From a virus (taxonomy: Duplodnaviria; Heunggongvirae; Uroviricota; Caudoviricetes): DNA of 8,486 nucleotides. Shown piece by piece: positions 1-7,688 of this stretch (its first letter is position 1; each line of letters begins with the position of its first letter). Both the position numbers and the translations under genes were made by a program. Where the stretch lies: the IMG/VR virus record IMGVR_UViG_2634166492_000010; one strand, 5' to 3'. The notes under the pieces are model-generated. The model worked only from the letters and a program-made list of their open reading frames with translations, was not told where the DNA came from and did not search any database.

Positions 1-1
1 G

Positions 2-286
2 ATTACCGCGCCGGGTTACTGGTTTTACCGCAATGATGAATTTGTCTTTGACTACAGACTCAAAGCGGAAGATGAGCGTGATGCCCTTCTGGCTCAGGTC
101 AGTGCCCGGACAGGGGAATGGGAAGAAGACCTGCTGCTGGGGTTAATCAGCGACGAAGATAAAGAAAAGCTGAAAGCCTGTCGTATTTACGCGAAATCGC
201 TGCAGGCGATGGATTTCAGCACCATCACTGATAAATCCTCATACAACGCCATTGAATGGCCTGCCTCTCCGGAAGGTTCTTCCTGA
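2..286 (+). CDS. Phage tail fiber assembly protein (Tfa / P2 gpG / Mu U-like), C-terminal fragment; 5' end lies outside the window
   Basis: Frame 2 is open from the window edge to TGA at 284-286 and is not in the ORF track because it has no start codon in the window. Translation ends ...DEDKEKLKACRIYAKSLQAMDFSTITDKSSYNAIEWPASPEGSS, matching the conserved C-terminal pattern of Caudovirales tail fiber assembly proteins (acidic stretch, then a hydrophobic motif ending in EWPxxP). It lies immediately upstream of a tail fiber gene. Confidence 0.55.
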   Translation: MTAPGYWFYRNDEFVFDYRLKAEDERDALLAQVSARTGEWEEDLLLGLISDEDKEKLKACRIYAKSLQAMDFSTITDKSSYNAIEWPASPEGSS

Positions 287-309
287 TTTAATTTATCGCG
301 AGAAAAACA

Positions 310-1449
310 ATGTCTGTAGTGATATCAGGTGCGCTGACTGATGGCGCAGGTATCCCCATGTCCGGATACCATATTATTCTGAAATCCCGGGTAAACACCC
401 CGGAAGTGGTGATGAACACTGTTGCTGATGTGATGACAGGAAACGATGGTGAATACTGTTTCCATGCGCGGACTGGAAAATATGGTGTGTATCTGAAACA
501 GGACTGGCGCAACGAGTACAACGTTGGCGACATTGCTGTATATGAGGACTCAAAGCCCGGCACGCTGAATGACTTTCTGATTGCTCCTGATGAGGGCGAC
601 CTGAAACCGGATGTCGTCAAACGCTTTGAGGAAATGGTGGCGCAGGCGCAGCAGAGCGCCGGGGCCGCAGCCGGAAACGCACAGCAGACGGCGCAGGATG
701 TGGCGGCAGCCGCAGGTTATGCCCGCGCAGCAGAGCAGGCCAAAAATGACATTGATGCTGCGCTGACCGGCACCCTGAAAACGGCTAACCATCTGTCTGA
801 AATCGCAGCAGCAGGCGAAAAGGCACAACAGAAGTCCCGGGATAATCTGGGGCTGAAAAGTGCGGCCACGATGGAAGCACAGAGCGACATTTACGACCGG
901 ACAAAAGGCCGTCTGGCGATACCCGGCGCATTCGGCTTTGGGTGTGCTTTTCTGCCTGAAGATGTTATCCGTTTTGACACTAAGAGTGATTTCCTGGCCT
1001 GGGTAAGGAATGCGCTGCCAGGTGAATATTCCGTTGCTGGCCCTTACGGCATCATCATACCCGACACACGGTTTGAAGGGGTGCTCAGCATCCGGTGGAC
1101 TGATGCACGCCCTGAGACAACAGAACCGCGGTACAGAGCCAAATCCCTTACTTTTTACGGCATTAACGGCCCCATTTATCATACCCGCTACTGCTACTGG
1201 CCCATATCCAGACTGACTGACTGGGTGAAAATAAATATAACCACAGAAGATATTATTTACAGAATCGTGGCGAGCTCTGTCCGCAACAGATGGGGAGACC
1301 CTGACATTGGCGGGCTGATTATTGCTGCGTACCAGGGAGAAGCTGACGGTGATAAAGTCATCAGACTTGTCAGGGGCAGTCATACAGAGGCTCACGACTG
1401 GGACCGGTGGGGATTTCAGTGCCCAGTACTCCCACCGGAACGTATATAG
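310..1449 (+). CDS. Side tail fiber protein (379 aa): lambda Stf-like N-terminal anchoring domain, Ala/Gln-rich shaft, unrecognised C-terminal distal domain
   Basis: ATG at 310 with a weak SD-like GAGAAA upstream. N-terminus MSVVISGALTDGAGIPMSG...VYEDSKPGTLNDFL closely parallels the lambda Stf N-terminus (MAVKISGVLKDGTGKPV...ITVYEDSQPGTLNDFL, recalled from memory). Residues about 110-190 are Ala/Gln-rich, typical of fiber shafts. The C-terminal 180 aa (Trp/Tyr/Cys-rich) did not resemble any fiber tip domain I recognise. Confidence 0.8.
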   Translation: MSVVISGALTDGAGIPMSGYHIILKSRVNTPEVVMNTVADVMTGNDGEYCFHARTGKYGVYLKQDWRNEYNVGDIAVYEDSKPGTLNDFLIAPDEGDLKPDVVKRFEEMVAQAQQSAGAAAGNAQQTAQDVAAAAGYARAAEQAKNDIDAALTGTLKTANHLSEIAAAGEKAQQKSRDNLGLKSAATMEAQSDIYDRTKGRLAIPGAFGFGCAFLPEDVIRFDTKSDFLAWVRNALPGEYSVAGPYGIIIPDTRFEGVLSIRWTDARPETTEPRYRAKSLTFYGINGPIYHTRYCYWPISRLTDWVKINITTEDIIYRIVASSVRNRWGDPDIGGLIIAAYQGEADGDKVIRLVRGSHTEAHDWDRWGFQCPVLPPERI

Positions 1450-1587
1450 CATCCCCACAATTTTTCATTACGGGATGTTCAGAGCATTCATTACCGGGGT
1501 CATATTGCGCCCTGTCCGGGGTGCCGGATGCACATGTCTCTGGCGCAATGCCCGGGCTTTTTATTCGCACATCGTGAGGAATGCACC

Positions 1588-2151
1588 GTGGAAATTAAAA
1601 AAATCATTAATCCCCGTTATACCGAAAGTGGCGCAGTAGACTGTGACGTTTTTTTTGACGACAGGGACCAGGCAGTCCCCTACACAGCCACCGCTGATGA
1701 TGTCGCACCGACGGGTCAGCAAATCTGGCAGGAACTGCAAAGTGGCAAATGGGGTGAGATAGCCCCATTCACTGTGACACCAGAAATGCTGGAAGCGGCC
1801 AGAGAGGCCAGACGTCAGGAAATTGAAGCATGGCGCGCAGAACAGGAGGCGAAGCCGTTCACGTTTGAATGGAACGGTCGTATCTGGAATGCTGGTCCCG
1901 ACTCACTGGGCCGCCTGTCCCCGGTAGTCATGCTGGCAAAATCTGTCACAGCACAAACACATATGGCGTGGAGCGATGCGGATAATCAGCAGGTGAAACT
2001 GTCGATGCCGGAACTGGAAGAACTGGCGGCAGCAATGGTGCAGGCGCAGGTCGATCGCAACGATGAGATTTATCGCCGTCAGCGGGAGCTGAAGGAAGAG
2101 CTGAATAGTCTGAAGGATTTGAATTCGGTTAGGAATTTTATCGTGGAATAA
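1588..2151 (+). CDS. Tail fiber assembly chaperone, DUF4376-like; probable GTG start at 1588 (ORF track extends the frame to ATG at 1528)
   Basis: Open frame to TAA at 2149-2151. GAGGAA SD about 7 nt upstream of in-frame GTG at 1588; the N-terminus from the 1528 ATG (MHMSLAQCPGFLFAHREEC) looks non-native. Motifs EIEAWRAEQEAKPFTFEWNGRIWNAGPDSLGRLSPVVMLAKS and the C-terminal coiled-coil-like RQRELKEELNSLKD match DUF4376 proteins encoded downstream of enterobacterial prophage tail fiber genes (from memory). Confidence 0.6.
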   Translation: MEIKKIINPRYTESGAVDCDVFFDDRDQAVPYTATADDVAPTGQQIWQELQSGKWGEIAPFTVTPEMLEAAREARRQEIEAWRAEQEAKPFTFEWNGRIWNAGPDSLGRLSPVVMLAKSVTAQTHMAWSDADNQQVKLSMPELEELAAAMVQAQVDRNDEIYRRQRELKEELNSLKDLNSVRNFIVE

Positions 2152-2157
2152 CAGAAG

Positions 2158-2190
2158 CTGCGGCACGTCGTATGCAGGAACGTGCCGCGG
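2158..2190. other. GC-rich inverted repeat (10-bp stem, 13-nt loop) just after the chaperone gene; possible terminator-like hairpin
   Basis: ctgcggcacg (2158-2167) pairs with cgtgccgcgg (2181-2190), with one G-U pair. There is no clean T-tract on the + strand; the - strand has a moderately U-rich flank. Lies in the convergent intergenic region between the fiber module and sitD. Confidence 0.3.
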
Positions 2191-2351
2191 TTGGCTGGTA
2201 AACTTTCGATAGTGCGAGTATTGAATGATTTCTAGGCGTTATCGATTTTACGTATTTTTTGCATGATAGAATTCGTACCTCCTCCCAACGACCTTCCATG
2301 GCTTTCCGGACTTCTGTAGGCTGGCGGACGATGCTGTCCTCGGATGTTGTG

Positions 2352-3209
2352 CTAATTGGGTGATAACAGATCCTGTGTATGGGCGTTTCCCTTTGTGCGT
2401 GCGTTGATGCTGGTAACGGTAAACGTCATGATGAACACGACCGCGAATAAGACGACAATCGTCGGAGCTGGTGCGCTGTCGATAAAAAAGGACAGCCAGA
2501 CACCAGTCATTGACACTATTACCGATATGCCAGTCGCCAGTAGGAGCGCAATATGAAAGCGTTGTGTCAGGAGTACTGCAATGGCGCCAGGCGCAATGAG
2601 CAGAGAAATAGAGAGAATGATACCTACTGCTTTCAGCGTCGCCACAATGGTCAGGGAAACCATGCACAGCAGCCCATAATGCAGCCATCTCGTATGCAAA
2701 CCGCTTACCTGCGCCTGTTGATAATCAAAGCTGAACAGCAAAAAATCCCGCCATTTTACGCTAATAACAAGTGTAACCAGCCCGGCAATAATCACCGTCT
2801 GGATTATATCGCCGATGGTTATCCCGAGCATGTCGCCGAAAAGAATATGGTCAAGATGTACGTCTGGTTTAATTGCAATATACAAGATCAGACCTGCGGC
2901 AAACATGCCAGAAAAAACAATCCCCATAACTGTATCTTGCTTGATTCGGCTGTTGTCTTTCAGGTATCCCGTCGCCACCGCGCAGAATACTCCGGCGACG
3001 AATGCCCCTGTAGCCAGAGGTAACCCCAGAATCCAGGTAAGCACGATGCCAGGAAAAACCGCATGACTCATCGCGTCACCCATCAGTGCCCAACCTTTCA
3101 GGACCAGAAAGACCGACAGCAGCGCACAGGGTATGGAAACTACCAGTGAAATCAGCAGTGCGTGACTCATAAAGGTGAACTGCAGTGGCTCCAGTAATAA
3201 TGCCATCAT
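2352..3209 (-). CDS. sitD: Manganese/iron ABC transporter permease SitD
   Basis: 285-aa polytopic membrane protein ([24 protein letters not shown]...), the second of two paralogous permeases, typical of Mn/Zn/Fe cluster-9 ABC importers. Its start overlaps the sitC stop by 4 nt (ATGA). Operon order A-B-C-D matches sitABCD. Confidence 0.92.
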   Translation of the reverse strand: MMALLLEPLQFTFMSHALLISLVVSIPCALLSVFLVLKGWALMGDAMSHAVFPGIVLTWILGLPLATGAFVAGVFCAVATGYLKDNSRIKQDTVMGIVFSGMFAAGLILYIAIKPDVHLDHILFGDMLGITIGDIIQTVIIAGLVTLVISVKWRDFLLFSFDYQQAQVSGLHTRWLHYGLLCMVSLTIVATLKAVGIILSISLLIAPGAIAVLLTQRFHIALLLATGISVIVSMTGVWLSFFIDSAPAPTIVVLFAVVFIMTFTVTSINARTKGNAHTQDLLSPN

Positions 3210-4063
3210 GAGCGATCCTCCAGCGCTTTATGCGTACGCCGACGATTTGCCAAAAGTCCATGGGTGGGCGCAAATACAAATGCTAAAAGAAACAGCAGTG
3301 TCTGCGCCACCACGATGATTCCACCTGTCGCGCCGTCCAGAAAGTAACTGACCCACGCGCCGAGGAAACTGGTTACACTGCCAATAGTTACAGCAATTAT
3401 GAGCAGGCGGGGAAAACGATCGGTTAACAACCATGCTGTTGCACCGGGAGTCACCACCAGACAGATCACCAGAAAGGCACCAACCGTTTGCAGCGCCGCA
3501 ACGGTCGAAACCGACAGCAGGGTGAAGAAGAGGATTTTTAATCTGCCCGGATGTAATCCAATAGCACGGGCGTGATTCTCGTCGAAAAAGGTCACCATAA
3601 GATCTTTCCATTTGAAAAAAAGCACGATGATCGAGAGAATGCCAATGATAGTGAGTTGCAGGATATCCGCCGGATCGATTGCCAGAATATTGCCCAGGAC
3701 GATGGTCTGAATGTTCACGGATGTCGGGTTCAATGACACCATAAACAGCCCCAGGCCAAAAAAGGACGAGAAGATCAGGCCGATGATGGCATCTTCTTTT
3801 AAGCGGGTGCGTTGGTTAAGAAACAGCATGCTGCCCGCTGCCAGTCCGCCGGAAAAGAAGGCTCCCAGAGAAAACGGAAGCCCCAGCATATATGCCCCCG
3901 CAACACCCGGGACAATAGAGTGCGACAGCGCATCGCCAATCAGCGACCAGCCTTTTAGCATCAGATAGCATGACAGGAAAGCGCAGAGACCGCCGACCAT
4001 TGCCGAGACCCACATCGCATTGAGCATATATTCATAGCTGAAGGGTTCCAGTAGCACGTTCAT
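3206..4063 (-). CDS. sitC: Manganese/iron ABC transporter permease SitC
   Basis: 285-aa hydrophobic membrane protein ([25 protein letters not shown]...), paralogous to the downstream permease. Its start overlaps the sitB stop by 4 nt. Confidence 0.92.
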   Translation of the reverse strand: MNVLLEPFSYEYMLNAMWVSAMVGGLCAFLSCYLMLKGWSLIGDALSHSIVPGVAGAYMLGLPFSLGAFFSGGLAAGSMLFLNQRTRLKEDAIIGLIFSSFFGLGLFMVSLNPTSVNIQTIVLGNILAIDPADILQLTIIGILSIIVLFFKWKDLMVTFFDENHARAIGLHPGRLKILFFTLLSVSTVAALQTVGAFLVICLVVTPGATAWLLTDRFPRLLIIAVTIGSVTSFLGAWVSYFLDGATGGIIVVAQTLLFLLAFVFAPTHGLLANRRRTHKALEDRS

Positions 4064-4887
4064 CTTGCTTCCCTCTGCACCGCTGACGGTCGATGTGCCA
4101 CAAAAGGGCGTTCATCGTCAGTAATAATGCTTTCTTCCGAGCCGTTAAGTGTGACATGGCGCAGTACGCCGCTAAAAGCCAGCTCCAGGTTCTCGGCTGT
4201 AAAAGTGGTGTCTGTCGGCCCGCTTGCCAGGACTGTGCCTTTGACCATGACCGTATAATCGCAAAATGTCGTGACTGAGCCGAGATTGTGCGTTGAGACA
4301 AGCATCGTTTTGCCTTCCGCGCGTAACTCCCTCAACAGGCTGATGATTTTCGCTTCGGTTTTCACATCAACGCCGGTAAAAGGTTCATCCAGCAGGATCA
4401 CATTACCCTGCTGTGCAATCGCTCTCGCCAGAAAGACGCGTTTCTTTTGTCCACCGGAAAGCTCGCCGATTTGACGATGGCGAAAATCCACCATATCGAC
4501 ACGTTCCAGCGCATCGGTGACAATCTGACGATCCCTCTTTTTGGCTATACGCAACATACCCATATGCCCATAGCGGCCCATCATCACCACATCTTCCACC
4601 AGTACAGGAAATGACCAGTCAACCTCTTCTGACTGAGGAACGTAGGCAACCAGGTTTTTCTGTAGCGCCTGTCGCGTGGGAATACCCAGAACAGATATCT
4701 TTCCGCTGGTCAGACGCACAAATCCCATAATCGCTTTAAACAACGTCGATTTTCCGGAACCGTTTACCCCAACCAGAGCGGCAATAGATCCACTTGGTAC
4801 TGTGAAGGATGCATCGCGCAGTGCTGTGTGCCCGTTACGCCAGGTGACAGTAACATCATTAACGACAATGCCTGCAGATTGCATCAT
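4060..4887 (-). CDS. sitB: Manganese/iron ABC transporter ATP-binding protein SitB
   Basis: Walker [13 protein letters not shown] signature LSGGQKKR, Walker B ILLDEP and an H-loop (STHN) are all present. Its ATG overlaps the sitA TAA (TAATG). Confidence 0.93.
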   Translation of the reverse strand: MMQSAGIVVNDVTVTWRNGHTALRDASFTVPSGSIAALVGVNGSGKSTLFKAIMGFVRLTSGKISVLGIPTRQALQKNLVAYVPQSEEVDWSFPVLVEDVVMMGRYGHMGMLRIAKKRDRQIVTDALERVDMVDFRHRQIGELSGGQKKRVFLARAIAQQGNVILLDEPFTGVDVKTEAKIISLLRELRAEGKTMLVSTHNLGSVTTFCDYTVMVKGTVLASGPTDTTFTAENLELAFSGVLRHVTLNGSEESIITDDERPFVAHRPSAVQREAR

Positions 4888-5801
4888 TATTTCTCCCTTT
4901 TCCCGGCTTTAATTCCCTGTACCAGCGTACTGGTAGTAACCTTAAGAAGGTCGATATACGTAGGTACCGGGCCGTTTTCTGTGCTCAGGGAATCGACATA
5001 GAGCACACCGCCGTAGTGTGCGCCGGTTTCACGCGCAACCTGACGCGCTGGTTTATCGGAAATCGTACTCTCGCTAAAGACTGCCGGGATATGATTTTTC
5101 TTAACTATATCAACAACCTTACGTACCTGCTGCGGTGTTCCTTGTTGATCGGCATTAATCGGCCACAGATAAAGCTCTTTTAGCCCCAAATCGCGTGCGA
5201 GATAAGAAAAAGCCCCTTCACTGGTGACCATCCATCGCTGATTCTCAGGGAGTTCCGTAATCTGCTTACGCAGGGGGGCAAGGGTTTGGGTAATCTTGGC
5301 TTTATAAGTATCGGCATTACGTTGGTAGGTTTGTGCATTTGCCGGATCGTATTTTATCAACGCATCACGAATATTATCGACGTAAATCAGAGCATTATCT
5401 GGCGATATCCATGCATGGGGATTAGGTTTGCCCTCATAGGGTCCTTCGGTGATCCCTACTGGCGTCACACCCGAAGAGACAATTACTTCTGGAACCCCAT
5501 TGAGATGCTGGTAAAAGCGTTGGAACCACAATTCCAGATTCATACCATTGGCGAGAATCAGTTGTGCCCCCTGCGCACGTTTAATATCGCCAGGGGTAGG
5601 CTGATACTCATGAATTTCTGCACCAGGCTTGGTTATGGATGAGACTTCTGCAGCATCTCCAGCCACGTTTTTGGCCATATCCGCGATGATGGTAAATGTT
5701 GTAATGACCTTGAATTTTTCAGTTGCACTTGCCTGAAATGCGATCGAGCAGGTGAGGGCGAGGCACCCCAAGAGCATGGTTACTTTTTTTATTGAGTGCA
5801 T
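4887..5801 (-). CDS. sitA: Periplasmic metal-binding protein SitA (Mn2+/Fe2+ substrate-binding component)
   Basis: 304 aa with an N-terminal signal peptide ([26 protein letters not shown]). Cluster-9 substrate-binding protein character ([28 protein letters not shown]). First gene of the operon, with metalloregulator boxes upstream. Confidence 0.93.
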   Translation of the reverse strand: MHSIKKVTMLLGCLALTCSIAFQASATEKFKVITTFTIIADMAKNVAGDAAEVSSITKPGAEIHEYQPTPGDIKRAQGAQLILANGMNLELWFQRFYQHLNGVPEVIVSSGVTPVGITEGPYEGKPNPHAWISPDNALIYVDNIRDALIKYDPANAQTYQRNADTYKAKITQTLAPLRKQITELPENQRWMVTSEGAFSYLARDLGLKELYLWPINADQQGTPQQVRKVVDIVKKNHIPAVFSESTISDKPARQVARETGAHYGGVLYVDSLSTENGPVPTYIDLLKVTTSTLVQGIKAGKREK

Positions 5802-5833
5802 AATTTAGTACCTATAGTGAGCAAAATTAGAAC

Positions 5834-5855
5834 AAACATAGCAACGGCTATGTTT
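5834..5855. promoter_or_regulatory. MntR-type operator: perfect inverted repeat AAACATAGC-AACG-GCTATGTTT upstream of sitA
   Basis: Directly read: 5834-5842 AAACATAGC, 4-bp spacer, 5847-5855 GCTATGTTT, a perfect 9-bp palindrome. Matches the MntR box known from enterobacterial mntH and sitA promoters (from memory). Lies 33-55 bp upstream of the sitA start codon. Confidence 0.75.
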
Positions 5856-5877
5856 TATAGCATAACCTATACAAAAT

Positions 5878-5896
5878 GAAAATAATTATCATTAAC
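5878..5896. promoter_or_regulatory. Fur-box-like site in the sitA promoter region
   Basis: GAAAATAATTATCATTAAC resembles the 19-bp Fur consensus GATAATGATAATCATTATC (about 15 of 19 by eye). Sits just upstream of the MntR box, where -35/-10 elements of a leftward promoter are expected; a TATAAA -10 candidate lies near 5854-5859 on the - strand. Confidence 0.55.
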
Positions 5897-6087
5897 AGCT
5901 TTGAGGCCTAAAACAGGGATTAGGTTGTTTCCTGCTGGCGACATGATATTGAGGAAAAAAGTAGAGCAGCTATTAGGCTTTGAAATGACTTTATGAGGAA
6001 AATTGTTGATGGCAAAAATGGGGCAAAAAAGAGTGGGTTATCGTAGCTTATTGTTGTCGCTGATAATGTTTAACATATTGAAAAATA

Positions 6088-6110
6088 GGTAATGCTGCCA
6101 ACTTACTGAT
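6088..6110. repeat. IS1 terminal inverted repeat, insA-proximal end
   Basis: ggtaatgctgccaacttactgat; matches the opposite end in reverse complement at 20 of 23 positions. Confidence 0.85.
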
Positions 6111-6142
6111 TTAGTGTATGATGGTGATTTTAAGGTGCTTGC

Positions 6143-6418
6143 GTGGCTTCCATTTCCATCAGATGTCCTTCCTGCTCCGCTACTGAAGGCGTGGTGCGTA
6201 ACGGCAAAAGCACTGCCGGACATCAGCGCTATCTCTGCTCTCATTGCCGTAAAACATGGCAACTACAGTTCACTTACACCGCCTCTCAGCCCGGTACGCA
6301 CCAGAAAATCATTGATATGGCCATGAATGGCGTCGGATGTCGCGCCAGTGCACGCATTATGGGCGTTGGCCTCAACACGGTTTTACGTCACTTAAAAAAC
6401 TCAGGCCGCAGTCGGTAA
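6143..6418 (+). CDS. insA: IS1 InsA (transposition inhibitor / N-terminal part of the InsAB' transposase)
   Basis: 91 aa [43 protein letters not shown]... with zinc-finger Cys pairs and a helix-turn-helix region, near-identical to K-12 InsA. GTG start at 6143. Confidence 0.93.
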   Translation: MASISIRCPSCSATEGVVRNGKSTAGHQRYLCSHCRKTWQLQFTYTASQPGTHQKIIDMAMNGVGCRASARIMGVGLNTVLRHLKNSGRSR

Positions 6419-6840
6419 CCTCGCGCATACAACCGGGCAGTGATGTGATTGTCTGCGCTGAAATGGACGAACATTGGGGCTACGTCGGTGCTAAATCACG
6501 TCAGCGCTGGCTGTTTTACGCGTATGACAGGATACGGAGGACGGTTGTGGCGCACGTCTTCGGTGAACGCACTCTGGCCACACTGGAGCGTCTTCTGAGC
6601 CTGCTGTCGGCCTTTGAGGTCGTGGTATGGATGACGGATGGCTGGCCGCTGTATGAATCACGCCTGAAGGGAAAGCTGCACGTTATCAGCAAGCGTTACA
6701 CTCAGCGCATTGAGCGACATAATCTGAATCTGAGACAACATCTGGCAAGGCTGGGACGGAAGTCACTGTCGTTCTCAAAATCGGTGGAGCTGCATGACAA
6801 GGTCATCGGGCATTATCTGAACATAAAACACTATCAGTAA
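6337..6840 (+). CDS. insB: IS1 InsB frame (expressed as the InsAB' transposase by -1 frameshift at the A6C motif)
   Basis: 167-aa frame ...[28 protein letters not shown]...[42 protein letters not shown]..., near-identical to K-12 InsB. The A6C slippery site lies at 6394-6400. Confidence 0.9.
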   Translation: MSRQCTHYGRWPQHGFTSLKKLRPQSVTSRIQPGSDVIVCAEMDEHWGYVGAKSRQRWLFYAYDRIRRTVVAHVFGERTLATLERLLSLLSAFEVVVWMTDGWPLYESRLKGKLHVISKRYTQRIERHNLNLRQHLARLGRKSLSFSKSVELHDKVIGHYLNIKHYQ

Positions 6841-7683
6841 GTTGGAGTCATTACCTGCACGCTTTTCTTTTAGCCATGTCGGTGTACCGTCGTTGGCAAA
6901 TAATTCACTGTTATCCCGTGAGGTATCGATGCCGAGGTGTTCACCTCCCAGGTTAAGAAACTCGATATGAGGAAGAAAGTTTTTAAATGTTGGGTTTGAA
7001 AATACCTGTCCATCAATACGGGTGGAGCGATCTTTTAGTATTCTGGCGGTGCGCCACACCTGACCGGTTTCTATGTTCATTTGCTTCTCCATCTGGATCA
7101 GGATGGAGGGTTCATAACCGGTTTCTGTTTCTGCTTTCATTTTTATACCGGTTTTTGCCAACTGGCGTTTGCCATCATCACCTTCGAAAAAGTCATACTC
7201 ATATCCTGCACGCCCGCACATAATAATGTGCGCCTGACTGTTAACAAATCGATCGGTAAAGCGTCGCCACTCCTGTTTGAGCCACGCCCAGTCTGAAAAT
7301 TCCAGTCCTCGTTTACGGTTTCGGCGTCTGGCATACTCGTCGCATAATCCGGTCCAGAAGTGACTGATGGAGTCGATGATCATTACGGAACCGCTGCTTT
7401 CCGCTTCATTAATGGCTTCAAGCAGATCAACAAACGAGCGGGTTTTTGCCGTAAATAATTCGATATTTTCCGCATCAAAGCGGGGTTTAACCCAGTCAGA
7501 GCCTGTTTCTGTGTCCAGAAACATTACCGGGCGGTTACCAGCTTCAATTCCCCGTTGCCGCATAAGCATTACCAGACCAATAGCCAGTTCGCTTGCTGTG
7601 TAGGTTTTGCCGTCGCCAGCAAACCCCATAATTCCTGCTTTTAGATAGGCCTGTGTGTTTATTGCTCGTTGAAAAAGCGCCAT
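6775..7683 (-). CDS. Phage-associated P-loop NTPase (RecA-like; AAA_24/Sak4-like is the best guess); native 276 codons (6856..7683) fused to 26 IS1-derived codons, so 3'-truncated by IS1
   Basis: Walker A GFAGDGKT at residues 19-26, followed by FLDTETG; Walker B-like MIIDSISHF. The C-terminal 26 aa ([26 protein letters not shown]) are translated from the IS1 terminus, so the native 3' end is missing. ATG at 7683 is preceded by GGAGG lying inside the upstream gene's end (translational coupling). Family assignment is from motif pattern only. Confidence 0.6.
   Translation of the reverse strand: MALFQRAINTQAYLKAGIMGFAGDGKTYTASELAIGLVMLMRQRGIEAGNRPVMFLDTETGSDWVKPRFDAENIELFTAKTRSFVDLLEAINEAESSGSVMIIDSISHFWTGLCDEYARRRNRKRGLEFSDWAWLKQEWRRFTDRFVNSQAHIIMCGRAGYEYDFFEGDDGKRQLAKTGIKMKAETETGYEPSILIQMEKQMNIETGQVWRTARILKDRSTRIDGQVFSNPTFKNFLPHIEFLNLGGEHLGIDTSRDNSELFANDGTPTWLKEKRAGNDSNLLIVFYVQIMPDDLVMQLHRF
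6833..6855. repeat. IS1 terminal inverted repeat, insB-proximal end
   Basis: atcagtaagttggagtcattacc, the reverse complement of the canonical IS1 end (ggtaatgactccaacttactgat). Confidence 0.85.
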
Positions 7684-7688
7684 AGATT

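Larger units (their letters stand above)
6088..6855 (+). mobile_element. IS1 insertion sequence, complete 768 bp (variant roughly 90% identical to E. coli K-12 IS1 by eye)
   Basis: Ends are ggtaatgctgccaacttactgat (6088-6110) and the reverse complement of 6833-6855 (ggtaatgactccaacttactgat), imperfect 23-bp inverted repeats (20 of 23). Contains insA and insB with the A6C frameshift motif (cttaaaaaac, 6391-6400). Flanking 8-9 bp differ (tgaaaaata vs tgcacgctt), so there is no target-site duplication. Confidence 0.95.

Noticed and set aside
288-620. 110-aa - strand ORF overlapping the Tfa end and fiber gene start
   Set aside because: Antisense shadow ORF with no ribosome-binding site context or recognisable motifs; the + strand coding assignments explain this region.
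640-880. Ala/Gln-rich repetitive stretch (AQAQQSAGAAAGNAQQTAQDVAAAAGYARAAEQAK...) that could be taken for a DNA tandem repeat or low-complexity artefact
   Set aside because: It is in-frame protein low complexity typical of phage tail fiber shafts, not a nucleotide tandem repeat or CRISPR-like array.
550-1458. 302-aa ORF on the - strand overlapping the tail fiber gene
   Set aside because: It is entirely antisense to a + strand gene with strong family resemblance (lambda Stf N-terminal domain). Its translation is Cys/Arg-rich with no recognisable motifs, which is typical of a shadow ORF.
1322-1639. ORFs 1322..1639 (+) and 1370..1570 (-) across the fiber/chaperone intergenic region
   Set aside because: They overlap the 3' end of the fiber gene in another frame and run into the chaperone start region; there is no ribosome-binding site or motif support. 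A short noncoding spacer is the simpler reading.
2248-3023. Several ORFs (2248..2688 -, 2356..2556 +, 2553..3023 +, 2815..3066 +) overlapping sitD
   Set aside because: They overlap the well-supported sitD permease frame in other frames or antisense. Their translations are not hydrophobic-helix patterned and carry no motifs.
3228-4474. Out-of-frame or antisense ORFs within sitC and sitB (3228..3611, 3711..3968, 3816..4013, 4032..4301, 4093..4278, 4271..4474)
   Set aside because: Shadow ORFs inside genes whose primary frames carry clear ABC transporter motifs.
4676-5642. ORFs 4676..4912 (+) and 5286..5642 (+) antisense to sitB and sitA
   Set aside because: Antisense to confidently assigned genes, with no independent support.
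6038-6326. ORFs 6038..6262 (-) and 6114..6326 (+) inside or straddling the IS1 left end
   Set aside because: Alternative frames within IS1; the known IS1 coding content is insA/insB only.
6987-7603. + strand ORFs (6987..7223, 7081..7296, 7367..7603) and - strand ORF 7143..7334 inside the ATPase gene
   Set aside because: Overlap the ATPase frame, which has Walker A and B motifs; no start context or motifs of their own.
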